This document shows, piece by piece, positions 1 through 8,030 of a stretch of 34,832 nucleotides of DNA. A program made the translations under genes and the position numbers. The notes beneath the pieces are model-generated. The model saw only the letters and a list, made by a program, of their open reading frames with translations, was not told the DNA's origin and ran no database searches. The stretch comes from Nitrospirota bacterium (GTDB lineage: Bacteria > Nitrospirota > UBA9217), in the NCBI GenBank assembly GCA_037916085.1, contig JBAIYC010000081.1:1-34832 (forward strand), given 5' to 3'. Numbering within the stretch: position 1 is the stretch's first letter; the number at the start of each line of letters is the position of its first letter.

Positions 1-309
1 GTCTTCGGAGTGTTGCCGAGCTTTGTCCCCATCGAAGACCTGTCAAAGCATTGGGGCAAGAAAGTGCATCAGTTCAACCATGATCTCCATGCGCCGACCG
101 GCTGGGGGTGGTTGTCGCTCATCAGCAAGGGCGACTATCTGAACTTTGTCGGCATCGCCATGCTGGCCGGTTTGACGATCGTCTGCTATCTCGCGATCCT
201 TCCGTCGCTGCTCAGGAAAAAGGACATGCCCTACGTGATCATCGGGATCGTCGAGGTCCTCGTGCTCACCCTGGCTGCAAGCGGCATCCTGAGGGGTGGG
301 GGACACTAG
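1..309 (+). CDS. C-terminal fragment of an integral membrane protein (5' end lies outside the window); family not recognised
   Basis: Frame +1 is open from base 1 to TAG 307-309. It has two hydrophobic helices (NFVGIAMLAGLTIVCYLAILPSLL and YVIIGIVEVLVLTLAASGIL). A hairpin terminator follows at 348-382. Confidence 0.5.
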   Translation, partial: VFGVLPSFVPIEDLSKHWGKKVHQFNHDLHAPTGWGWLSLISKGDYLNFVGIAMLAGLTIVCYLAILPSLLRKKDMPYVIIGIVEVLVLTLAASGILRGGGH

Positions 310-347
310 GACAGCGTACCAACAGCACCGGATCGATGCTCTTCTAC

Positions 348-382
348 GGGCGGCCGAAAAGCCGCCCGTTTCCTTTTCTTGT
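348..382 (+). terminator. Intrinsic terminator
   Basis: GGGCGGC (348-354), loop CGAAAA, GCCGCCC (361-367), then the T-rich run GTTTCCTTTTCTTGT. Confidence 0.7.
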
Positions 383-435
383 GTTCGCATACCGTTGCAT
401 TCTTCATCGCAAAGGTCCTTTGGGCACATTTTTTC

Positions 436-465
436 TTGACCTTGGGCGGCGGGAAGGAGTATACA
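436..465 (+). promoter_or_regulatory. Candidate sigma-70 promoter for the SulP gene
   Basis: TTGACC (436-441), 18 nt spacer, TATACA (460-465), about 45 nt upstream of ATG 510. Confidence 0.3.
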
Positions 466-509
466 TTCTGTCGTTTGCATTTCTATCCTACGTAGCAAGG
501 AACTTGACC

Positions 510-2240
510 ATGCCTGAATCGAAGCTCGAACCAAAGCTGCTTACCGTGATCCGCGAGGGCTATTCCGGGGAAATATTCTTTAAGGACCTCACCGCCGGCA
601 TCATCGTCGGTATCGTTGCGCTCCCTCTTGCCATCGCCTTCGCGATCGCGTCGGGTGTGACTCCCGAGCAGGGTCTCTACACGGCCATCGTTGCGGGGGT
701 CCTTATCTCTCTCTTGAGCGGGAGCAGGGTGCAGATCGGCGGACCCACCGGCGCATTCATCGTCATCATCTACGGCATTGTGCAGAAGTACGGCTACGAC
801 GGCCTTGTGGTGGCGACCATCCTGTCCGGGATCCTGCTCATCATCATGGGCGTGGCCAAGATGGGATCGGTGATCAAGTACATTCCCTATCCGGTCACCG
901 TGGGATTCACTGCGGGCATCGCGCTTATCATCGCGACAGGACAGATCCGCGACTTCCTCGGTCTGCAGATGGACAAGGTCCCCGCCGAGTTCGTGGAGAA
1001 GGTCGAAGCGTTCGTGGAGCATGCCGGAACAATCAGCCCGACAGCGGCGGCAATCGGCATTCTGACCCTCGTGATCGTGGTGCTGTGGCCGCGGGTGACC
1101 CGCCGCATACCGGGTTCGCTCGTAGCGATCATCGTGACGACGGCGATCGTCTCGATCTTTAAATTGCCGGTCGAGACCATCGGAAGCAGGTTCGGCGCCG
1201 TTTCGAGCACGCCGCCGACTCTGCATATGCCACACATAGACTGGTCGAAGATCCGGTACATGATCTCGCCGGCCATATCGATCGCGCTGCTTGCCGGCAT
1301 CGAATCGTTGCTCTCGGCTGTGGTCGCGGACGGTATGACTGGCCGCAGACATCGATCGAACATGGAACTGGTGGCTCAAGGTGTTGCGAATGTCGCATCG
1401 CCGTTCTTTGGCGGGATTCCTGCAACGGGGGCCATCGCCCGGACGGCCACGAACATCAAGAACGGGGCGCTCACGCCGGTCGCGGGGATCATTCATGCGG
1501 TCGTGCTCCTGCTCATCATGCTCTTCTTCGGCAAATGGGCTGCACTCATTCCCATGGCGACGCTCGCCGGCATCCTGATCGTTGTTTCCTACAACATGAG
1601 CGAGTACCACCTGTTCATCAAGATGTTCAAGAGCCCGAAAAGCGACATCGCGGTACTGATCGCGACGTTCCTGCTGACCGTGCTCGTCGACCTCACCGTA
1701 GCCATCCAGGCCGGAATCGTCCTGGCTGCGCTCCTCTTCATGAAGCGCATGGCGGATGTGACGCAGGTGGGCTATATCACGTCCATGATGGAGGACGAGG
1801 AGGACACGTCTGACCAGGATCCAAACGCCATCAAACGTTTCACGGTGCCGAAGGGTGTCGAGGTCTTCGAGGTCAACGGGCCCTTCTTCTTCGGTGCGGC
1901 CGACCGCTTCAAGCATGTGCTCTCGCTCATCGTGCAGAAGCCGAAAGTGCTGGTCCTCAGGATGCGGCCGGTGCTGTCGATGGATGCCACGGCCCTGCGT
2001 GCGCTCGAAGATGTCTATGAACAGACCCGGAAGGACGGAGCGGTCCTCATCCTGGCGGGCGTTCATACGCAGCCCATGATCACCATGGACAAGGCTGGCT
2101 TCTTGGACAAGATCGGCGTGGACAATGTGTTCGAGAACGTTTGTGACGCGCTCAGAAGGGCCAGGGAGATCGTGGGTGCCAAGCCGGTGCTTCGAGAATC
2201 GCAGATCCAGGAAGTCGGCTGGGAACAGGCAGACCGGTAG
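510..2240 (+). CDS. SulP-family anion (sulfate/bicarbonate-type) permease with C-terminal STAS domain
   Basis: ATG 510 lies in the 108..2240 frame; the upstream part of that ORF overlaps the previous gene and its terminator. SulP hallmarks are LTAGIIVGIVALPLAIAFAIASGV and GGPTGAFIVI, with many TM helices. The C-terminal block VEVFEVNGPFFFGAADRF...VLVLRMRPVLSMDATALRALEDV is STAS-like. Confidence 0.9.
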   Translation: MPESKLEPKLLTVIREGYSGEIFFKDLTAGIIVGIVALPLAIAFAIASGVTPEQGLYTAIVAGVLISLLSGSRVQIGGPTGAFIVIIYGIVQKYGYDGLVVATILSGILLIIMGVAKMGSVIKYIPYPVTVGFTAGIALIIATGQIRDFLGLQMDKVPAEFVEKVEAFVEHAGTISPTAAAIGILTLVIVVLWPRVTRRIPGSLVAIIVTTAIVSIFKLPVETIGSRFGAVSSTPPTLHMPHIDWSKIRYMISPAISIALLAGIESLLSAVVADGMTGRRHRSNMELVAQGVANVASPFFGGIPATGAIARTATNIKNGALTPVAGIIHAVVLLLIMLFFGKWAALIPMATLAGILIVVSYNMSEYHLFIKMFKSPKSDIAVLIATFLLTVLVDLTVAIQAGIVLAALLFMKRMADVTQVGYITSMMEDEEDTSDQDPNAIKRFTVPKGVEVFEVNGPFFFGAADRFKHVLSLIVQKPKVLVLRMRPVLSMDATALRALEDVYEQTRKDGAVLILAGVHTQPMITMDKAGFLDKIGVDNVFENVCDALRRAREIVGAKPVLRESQIQEVGWEQADR

Positions 2241-2283
2241 CGGGGCGCTTACCGGAAGGAGGGCACCGAAGACGGATTTTTCC

Positions 2284-2313
2284 TTGACTCACGCAAGCTC
2301 CTTGTAGTACATT
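2284..2313 (+). promoter_or_regulatory. Candidate sigma-70 promoter for the hydrogenase-like operon
   Basis: TTGACT (2284-2289), 18 nt spacer, TACATT (2308-2313). It would give a leader of about 180 nt before ATG 2500. Confidence 0.35.
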
Positions 2314-2499
2314 TGGTCCATTGATCCCGAAAACGTTGCGGCAACATGCAACGGTCGCGATATTTGAAAAGATGGGCCTACTGAGCATGGACGTTTCAAG
2401 TAAACTCTATTCGTCTTCAGCCATTTCGAGGATCCACATCAAGCACCATTCACGGGTCAAGGTTCTCTTCCCGGTCCCTGATGCAGGGGAGGGAAGAGA

Positions 2500-4545
2500 A
2501 TGACAATCTCGCCGCTGCACATAGTCTCACTGTCATTCTTTGTCCTGTTCGCACTTCTCCTGATAACCCCGCTTCTCCGCCTGAACCAGAAACTCCTCGT
2601 AACGACCGGCTTTTCGCTCTTGGCCCTTGCTTCCCTTGGCGCGGTAATCGGGGGTGCGCTTGCGGTCGCCACGGGGACTGTCGAGACGTTTGTTCTCTCC
2701 GCAGGGCTTCCCGATCTGCCGTTCCATTTGCGGCTCGATCTCCTGTCCGGCTACTTTCTCGTCGTTGTCGGCCTCCTCGCCTTTTTCGTTTCTATCTATT
2801 CTATCGGCTACGTCCGGGGCTTCCTGGGACACCGGCCGGTAACAAGCCTGGTCGTATTCTATACGCTCTTTCTGGCGGGCATGCTCCTGGTGATCCTCGC
2901 TGACGATGCCTTCTTCTTTCTCATCGCTTGGGAGATGATGGCGGCTTCATCCTATTTTCTGGTGATGTTCGAAGATGAACGCATCGAGAACCGAAGGGCC
3001 GCTTTTCTGTACCTGGTGGTGGCTCACGTCGGCGCCATTGCCATCCTCCTGTCCTTCGGCGTCATGGCCGGCCTTGCCACGGGGTTCACAGGGTTCCAGA
3101 GCTATACCTTTGACGCGATGCGCGAGACGGAACTGCCGGCGGGGCTGGCGACCTTGGCTTTCCTCCTCGCGTTCTTCGGGTTCGCGGCAAAGGCGGGCGT
3201 GATCCCGCTCCATATCTGGCTGCCCGAGGCCCACCCTGTCGCTCCGTCGAACATATCCGCGCTCATGAGCGGCGTTATGCTCAAGACGGCGATCTACGGT
3301 ATCGTCCGCGTCGTCTTCGACCTGATCGGGGACTTTCCCTGGTGGTGGGGAGCCCTTGTGCTCGTCTTCGGCCTTGTATCGGCGGTCATGGGCGTTCTTT
3401 ACGCTCTCATGCAGCATGATCTCAAGCGGCTCCTTGCCTATCATTCCGTGGAGAATATCGGCATCATCCTGATCGGCATCGGGCTGTCCATGATCTTCCT
3501 GTCCTTCAACATGCAACTGCTAGCCGCGCTGGCCCTGATCGCGGGTCTCTATCACACGCTGAACCACGCGATGTTCAAGGGCCTGCTCTTCATGGGGGCA
3601 GGGGCAGTGCTCCATGCGACGCATGAGCGGAACATGGAGGAAATGGGCGGACTGATCCGCTTCATGCCCTGGACGTCTGTGCTGTTCCTCGTTGGTTGCA
3701 TCTCGATCTCAGCGCTACCGCCCTTCAATGGTTTCGTCTCGGAATGGCTGACATACCAGGCGTTCCTGCTCTCGCCCTCGCTTCCCAGCCCGCTGCTGAA
3801 CCTGCTCATCCCGCTCGGCGCGGCGCTCCTGGCGCTGACGAGCGCTCTTGCCGCGGCCTGCTTCGTAAAGGCCTTCGGCGTTACCTTCCTGGGCCATCAG
3901 CGGGGCCACCGGCATGGGCAGGTGCGGGAGGCAGGTTGGTCCATGCGCATCGGCATGTTGCTCGCTGCGCTCACCTGCCTGGGGCTCGGCGTCCTCCCGA
4001 CGCTCATGATACGCTGGATGGACCCTCTCGCCGAGGACCTGGTCGGAGGGTCGATCGGATCATCGGCGTCGGGGCTCGGATGGATGTGGCTCACTCCCAT
4101 CGCGGCCGAACGGGCGTCGTATGCGGCGCCGATCGCCTTTGTCGTGATCTTGGGGGTGGTGATGATCACCTACATCCTTCTGCACGCGAAGCCGGGCGCG
4201 ATCAGCCGCGTACCCCTCTGGGACTGCGGTTTCGAAAAGGTGACCAGCCGGATGCAGTATACGGCCACCTCATTTGCCATGCCGCTCCGAAGGATATTCG
4301 GGTTCCTTTTCAGCATCAAAGAGCATGTAAAGAGATTTGGAGCGAGCGCCCACCCGGCCTTCCCGGACCGCCTGCAGTATCATCTCCGGGTGCGGGACCG
4401 CTTCTGGATGTGGCTCTATCAGCCGGTCGTGGACGCGAGCTTCTGGCTTTCGCGCAGGATCGGCAGGATGCAGCAAGGGAAGATCCAGGTCTATCTCATC
4501 TATTCGTTCGTGACGATCCTGGTTTTGCTGATATTCTCTCAATGA
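2500..4545 (+). CDS. HyfB/NuoL-like antiporter-type membrane subunit of an Ehr/group-4-hydrogenase-like complex
   Basis: 681 aa and polytopic. NuoL/HyfB-type blocks are AWEMMAASSYFLV, LPEAHPVAPSNISALMSGVMLKTAIYG, KRLLAYHSVENIG and HTLNHAMFKGLLFMGAG. The strong SD GGGAGGGAAGAGA abuts the ATG. Confidence 0.9.
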   Translation: MTISPLHIVSLSFFVLFALLLITPLLRLNQKLLVTTGFSLLALASLGAVIGGALAVATGTVETFVLSAGLPDLPFHLRLDLLSGYFLVVVGLLAFFVSIYSIGYVRGFLGHRPVTSLVVFYTLFLAGMLLVILADDAFFFLIAWEMMAASSYFLVMFEDERIENRRAAFLYLVVAHVGAIAILLSFGVMAGLATGFTGFQSYTFDAMRETELPAGLATLAFLLAFFGFAAKAGVIPLHIWLPEAHPVAPSNISALMSGVMLKTAIYGIVRVVFDLIGDFPWWWGALVLVFGLVSAVMGVLYALMQHDLKRLLAYHSVENIGIILIGIGLSMIFLSFNMQLLAALALIAGLYHTLNHAMFKGLLFMGAGAVLHATHERNMEEMGGLIRFMPWTSVLFLVGCISISALPPFNGFVSEWLTYQAFLLSPSLPSPLLNLLIPLGAALLALTSALAAACFVKAFGVTFLGHQRGHRHGQVREAGWSMRIGMLLAALTCLGLGVLPTLMIRWMDPLAEDLVGGSIGSSASGLGWMWLTPIAAERASYAAPIAFVVILGVVMITYILLHAKPGAISRVPLWDCGFEKVTSRMQYTATSFAMPLRRIFGFLFSIKEHVKRFGASAHPAFPDRLQYHLRVRDRFWMWLYQPVVDASFWLSRRIGRMQQGKIQVYLIYSFVTILVLLIFSQ

Positions 4546-4566
4546 CATTGGAAACTCAAATGTCAT
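4542..4566. repeat. 8-bp perfect inverted repeat at the hyfB-like stop codon
   Basis: ATGACATT (4542-4549), 9 nt, AATGTCAT (4559-4566). It contains the TGACATTG motif that recurs at 4663-4670 and 9603-9610 (minus sense). Confidence 0.6.
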
Positions 4567-4675
4567 AATCCCGAAAGGTATATCCGGCAGCCCATGACCG
4601 AATACGGTACAACGACGCTCTTTGGTTCTTGGGTTATGATATGAACGTTGGACCCCGTCATGTGACATTGTTGTC

Positions 4676-5632
4676 GTGGAGCATGCGTTGATCGCCTATC
4701 CATACTTCATAGAGCTCCTTCAGGTCACGGCGCTGCTCGTCATGGCCCCGCTCTTTTCCGGCTGGGTCAAGATGGTGAAGTGCTGGTTCCAGGGGAGAAG
4801 TGCCCCGAGCATCCTGCAGCCGTGGCGCGACATCCTGAAACTCTTCTCCAAGGACGTGACCCTGGCTGAGAACGCCTCGTGGATATTCCGTTTCACGCCC
4901 TACCTGGTCTTCGGTGTGTCGGTCCTGGCGGGAGGAATCGTTCCGATCCTATCGATGGACCTGCCGCTGTCGGCGTCCGCCGATGTCATTGCGCTGGTTG
5001 CACTCTTCGCTATTGCCCGGTTCTTCACGGCGCTAGCCGGTATGGACATCGGGACCGCGTTCGGAGGCATGGGATCGAGCCGCGAGATGACGATCGCGTC
5101 GCTCGCCGAACCTGCCATGCTCATGGCGGTCTTTGCCGTATCCCTCGTAGCCAAGTCCACATCACTATCTCAGATGGCCCTGATCATATCCCAGGGGCAC
5201 TCGTTGCTCCGGCCCTCGCTGGTCTTCGCGCTTCTGGCCTTTGTCCTTATTGCACTGGCCGAGACGGGAAGGGTCCCGGTGGACAATCCTGCGACGCATC
5301 TGGAACTCACAATGATCCATGAGGCCATGGTCCTGGAGTATTCGGGCCGGCATCTCGCGCTCGTCGAATGGGCAAAGATGATGAAGCTGTTTCTCTTCGT
5401 GGCGCTCGGCATCGCCTCGTTCTTTCCCTGGGGGATCGCTTCGGGGGCCGGCCTTGTCGATGCTCTGGCGTCCGTTCCCCTTCTGGTCCTCAAGCTCGCA
5501 ATCACCGGTGTGGGGCTGGTTCTCGTCGAGACCGGGCTGGCAAAGATGCGGATTTTCCGGGTGACGGAGTTCCTGGGGTCGGCGTTCCTCTTCGCCACCC
5601 TCGGCATGCTGTCGTATTTCATGCTGGAATGA
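4676..5632 (+). CDS. HyfC/HycD/NuoH-like membrane subunit
   Basis: APLFSGWVKMVKCWFQGRSAPSILQPWRDILKLF and LAETGRVPVDNPATHLELTMIHEAMVLEYSG are NuoH/HycD signatures. A GTG start is assumed (TTG 4688 is an alternative) and there is no clear SD. Confidence 0.85.
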   Translation: MEHALIAYPYFIELLQVTALLVMAPLFSGWVKMVKCWFQGRSAPSILQPWRDILKLFSKDVTLAENASWIFRFTPYLVFGVSVLAGGIVPILSMDLPLSASADVIALVALFAIARFFTALAGMDIGTAFGGMGSSREMTIASLAEPAMLMAVFAVSLVAKSTSLSQMALIISQGHSLLRPSLVFALLAFVLIALAETGRVPVDNPATHLELTMIHEAMVLEYSGRHLALVEWAKMMKLFLFVALGIASFFPWGIASGAGLVDALASVPLLVLKLAITGVGLVLVETGLAKMRIFRVTEFLGSAFLFATLGMLSYFMLE

Positions 5633-5764
5633 ATTGGATGGCGGAATCGGGATCGCGAAGCAGGGGACGAAGATCTTCATGACCCTACGAGCGGAATCCG
5701 TGGGGGTTCTTTTGAATCACGTCGTCCCGAATCATGCCCGGGATAAGGAAGGAACGAGGGGCCG

Positions 5765-6430
5765 ATGAACATCCATCTTGCAACGCAGCTCAACAGCCTT
5801 CTTGCCTCATTGATCCTGCTGACGGCCTTTGCCTTGCTGGTGCAGCGCAGGATGAACGCTTTGCTCCATCTCTTCGCGTGGCAAGGACTCCTGCTTGCGG
5901 TGAGCACGGCGATCGTGGGATATCTGGGCGGCGCGCACGATCTCTATATATCGTCGATCCTGACGCTGACGATCAAGGTCGTCCTTCTTCCGTACATTCT
6001 GCACAAACTCATCGTTCAGCTGAAGATCCACAAGGAGATCGAGAGCGTCGTGAACGTGCCCGCGACCATGCTGATGGGCATCGTCCTGGTGATTTTCTCC
6101 TATCATCTGACAGCCCCGATCCGGGAGCTCTCGACTCTGGTGACCCGTTCGACCCTCGCTGTGGCCCTAGCAACGGTCATGCTCGGGTTCCTCATGATGA
6201 TCACGCGCAAACACGCGGTTACGCAGATCATCGGGTTCCTTGCGATGGAGAACGGCCTCCTCTTCGCGGCGACGAGCGCGACCTACGGCATGCCGCTCGT
6301 GGTCGAGCTGGGTGTTGCGCTGGACCTCCTGATAGCGGCCTTTATCTTCGGCATGTTCTTTTTCCACATCAGGACGACCTTCGACAGTCTTGACGTGGAC
6401 CAGATGGCGAGGCTGAAGGAAGAGGATTGA
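5765..6430 (+). CDS. HyfE-like small polytopic membrane subunit (NuoK-related)
   Basis: 221 aa and all hydrophobic helices. The motif GFLAMENGLLF is NuoK/HyfE-like. Size and operon position match HyfE, and the SD GGAAGGAACGAGGGG lies upstream. Confidence 0.8.
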   Translation: MNIHLATQLNSLLASLILLTAFALLVQRRMNALLHLFAWQGLLLAVSTAIVGYLGGAHDLYISSILTLTIKVVLLPYILHKLIVQLKIHKEIESVVNVPATMLMGIVLVIFSYHLTAPIRELSTLVTRSTLAVALATVMLGFLMMITRKHAVTQIIGFLAMENGLLFAATSATYGMPLVVELGVALDLLIAAFIFGMFFFHIRTTFDSLDVDQMARLKEED

Positions 6431-6551
6431 CGCGTGTCCGGGGAGGGCGAAAGTGACAAAGACAAACGAGCAGAGTTCAAACCGGTGCGTGTCGTTTGAT
6501 TTGAACGTTGACAGTGAACTTCATTCGTTAAGGCGGTCTTGAGGAGCCGGC

Positions 6552-8000
6552 ATGTCCCTTCTCATTCTCCTGATCGTACCGCTTGTCGCGTCCCTGGCCC
6601 TTGCTTTCATCGGCGACCGCAAGCTTGCTCCCGAGGTGAACATCCTCGGCTCTGCTGCCACGTTTGCCGCAAGCGTGCAACTCGCCCTCTACGTCTACGA
6701 GGAGGGCCCGATCCTGACCGGCGGCAACTTCTTCTACATCGACGCATTCAGCGTCTATCTGACGGTCCTCACCTCCTTCGTATCCATGACCACGTCGATC
6801 TTCAGCAGGCGTTACATGCGGCGCGAGCGAGAACACGGCACGGTTGGCCACCGCAGGATGCGCTTCTACCACTCGATGTTCCAGCTCTTCATCTTTGCGA
6901 TGCTGCTCTGCCTGCTCACGAACAACGTGGGGATCCTCTGGATATCCATGGAACTTGCCACGCTGTCCACCGTCCTGCTTGTGTCGCTCTACCGAACGCC
7001 AGCGGCCATCGAGGCCGCCTGGAAGTACTTCATCCTCTGCGGCGTCGGCATCGCTCTGGCGCTCTTCGGCACGGTGCTTCTCTACTTTGCCGCGGAGAAG
7101 GTTCTGGGGGCGGGAGGAGCGGCCCTCCACTGGACGAACCTGAGCAAGGTGAGCGATCAGCTGGAGCCCACGATCCTGTCGCTTGCCTTTGTGTTCCTAG
7201 TGGTAGGGTACGGGACGAAGGTCGGCCTCGTGCCCATCCATAACTGGCTTCCCGACGCGCACAGCGAGGGGCCGACCCCCATTTCGGCCGTTCTCTCGGG
7301 ACTGCTCCTGAACATCGCGCTCTATGCGCTCGTACGCTGTAAGGTGCTGGTCGACGGATCGACGGGCAACCATCATTCTGGAAATATCATGATGGGCTTC
7401 GGCATCATCTCCATCATGGTCGCGTCATTTTCCCTGCTCCGCCAGAAGGACATCAAGCGCATGTTCGCCTATTCCTCGATCGAACATATGGGCATCGCGA
7501 CGTTCGCCTTCGGTCTGGGGGGCCCGGTGGCAACCTTTGGCGCGCTGCTGCACATGCTTGTGCACAGTCTGACGAAGTCGTCCATCTTCTTTACGGTCGG
7601 CCATGCGGCACAGATGCACCGGACGCAGGAGATGGACCGCATCAAGGGACTCATCCGCGGGAACCCGCTCGTCGGATGGGGGATGGCGCTCGGCGTCATG
7701 GCGATCGTGGGAATGCCGCCGTTCGGCGTCTTTGCCAGCGAGTTCCTGATCCTGACTGCGGCTATCAAGGACGCTCCGCTTCTTGCGCCCTTCCTGCTCT
7801 TGGGCCTCGGGGTGTCCTTTGCAGCCTTGTTCCGCAGGGTCCAACCCATGGTATCGGGGCATGTTCCGCCGCACCAGAAGGGGCTCAGGGCGTCCCATGT
7901 GCCGGTGATCTTGCATATGCTCGTGGTCCTGATCCTCGGTCTGTACATGCCCAAATTCCTCTCTGGATGGTTCCAGACAACGGTAGGAGTATTGAAGTAG
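6552..8000 (+). CDS. HyfF/NuoN(M)-like antiporter-type membrane subunit
   Basis: WLPDAHSEGPTPISAVLSGLLLNIALYA, KRMFAYSSIEHMG and HSLTKSSIFF are present, and the SD GAGGAG lies upstream. Confidence 0.9.
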   Translation: MSLLILLIVPLVASLALAFIGDRKLAPEVNILGSAATFAASVQLALYVYEEGPILTGGNFFYIDAFSVYLTVLTSFVSMTTSIFSRRYMRREREHGTVGHRRMRFYHSMFQLFIFAMLLCLLTNNVGILWISMELATLSTVLLVSLYRTPAAIEAAWKYFILCGVGIALALFGTVLLYFAAEKVLGAGGAALHWTNLSKVSDQLEPTILSLAFVFLVVGYGTKVGLVPIHNWLPDAHSEGPTPISAVLSGLLLNIALYALVRCKVLVDGSTGNHHSGNIMMGFGIISIMVASFSLLRQKDIKRMFAYSSIEHMGIATFAFGLGGPVATFGALLHMLVHSLTKSSIFFTVGHAAQMHRTQEMDRIKGLIRGNPLVGWGMALGVMAIVGMPPFGVFASEFLILTAAIKDAPLLAPFLLLGLGVSFAALFRRVQPMVSGHVPPHQKGLRASHVPVILHMLVVLILGLYMPKFLSGWFQTTVGVLK

Positions 8001-8030
8001 GACAGAAACAATGTATACGAAGAATATCCT

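Noticed and set aside
418-436. Possible sigma-54 promoter (TGGGCACATTTTTTCTTG), and a second candidate on the minus strand around 22775-22790 (TGGCACATCAACAAAG)
   Set aside because: The -24 GG element is acceptable, but the -12 TTGC element is missing or misplaced in both. No site in the window fits TGGCAC-N5-TTGC well, despite the presence of a sigma-54 activator gene.
108-509. N-terminal extension of the SulP ORF (likewise 28400-28630, 30236-30748, 10286-10375 and 34211-34351 for downstream genes)
   Set aside because: The extensions overlap the preceding gene and/or contain its terminator or a promoter. Their composition is non-protein-like, and internal ATGs with an SD or a stop-start overlap give proteins of family-typical length.
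483-2066. 527-aa ORF on the minus strand
   Set aside because: It lies entirely antisense to the well-supported SulP permease gene. The translation is a low-complexity Arg/Asp/His/Gly-rich product with no recognisable motifs. This is a typical shadow ORF of GC-rich DNA.
510-4545. Functional coupling of the SulP/STAS permease to the Ehr-like module (for example a bicarbonate/CO2 system)
   Set aside because: They share only adjacency and orientation. A separate candidate promoter and a 259-nt gap lie between them, and there is no carbonic anhydrase or DabA-like gene. It is mentioned only as speculation.
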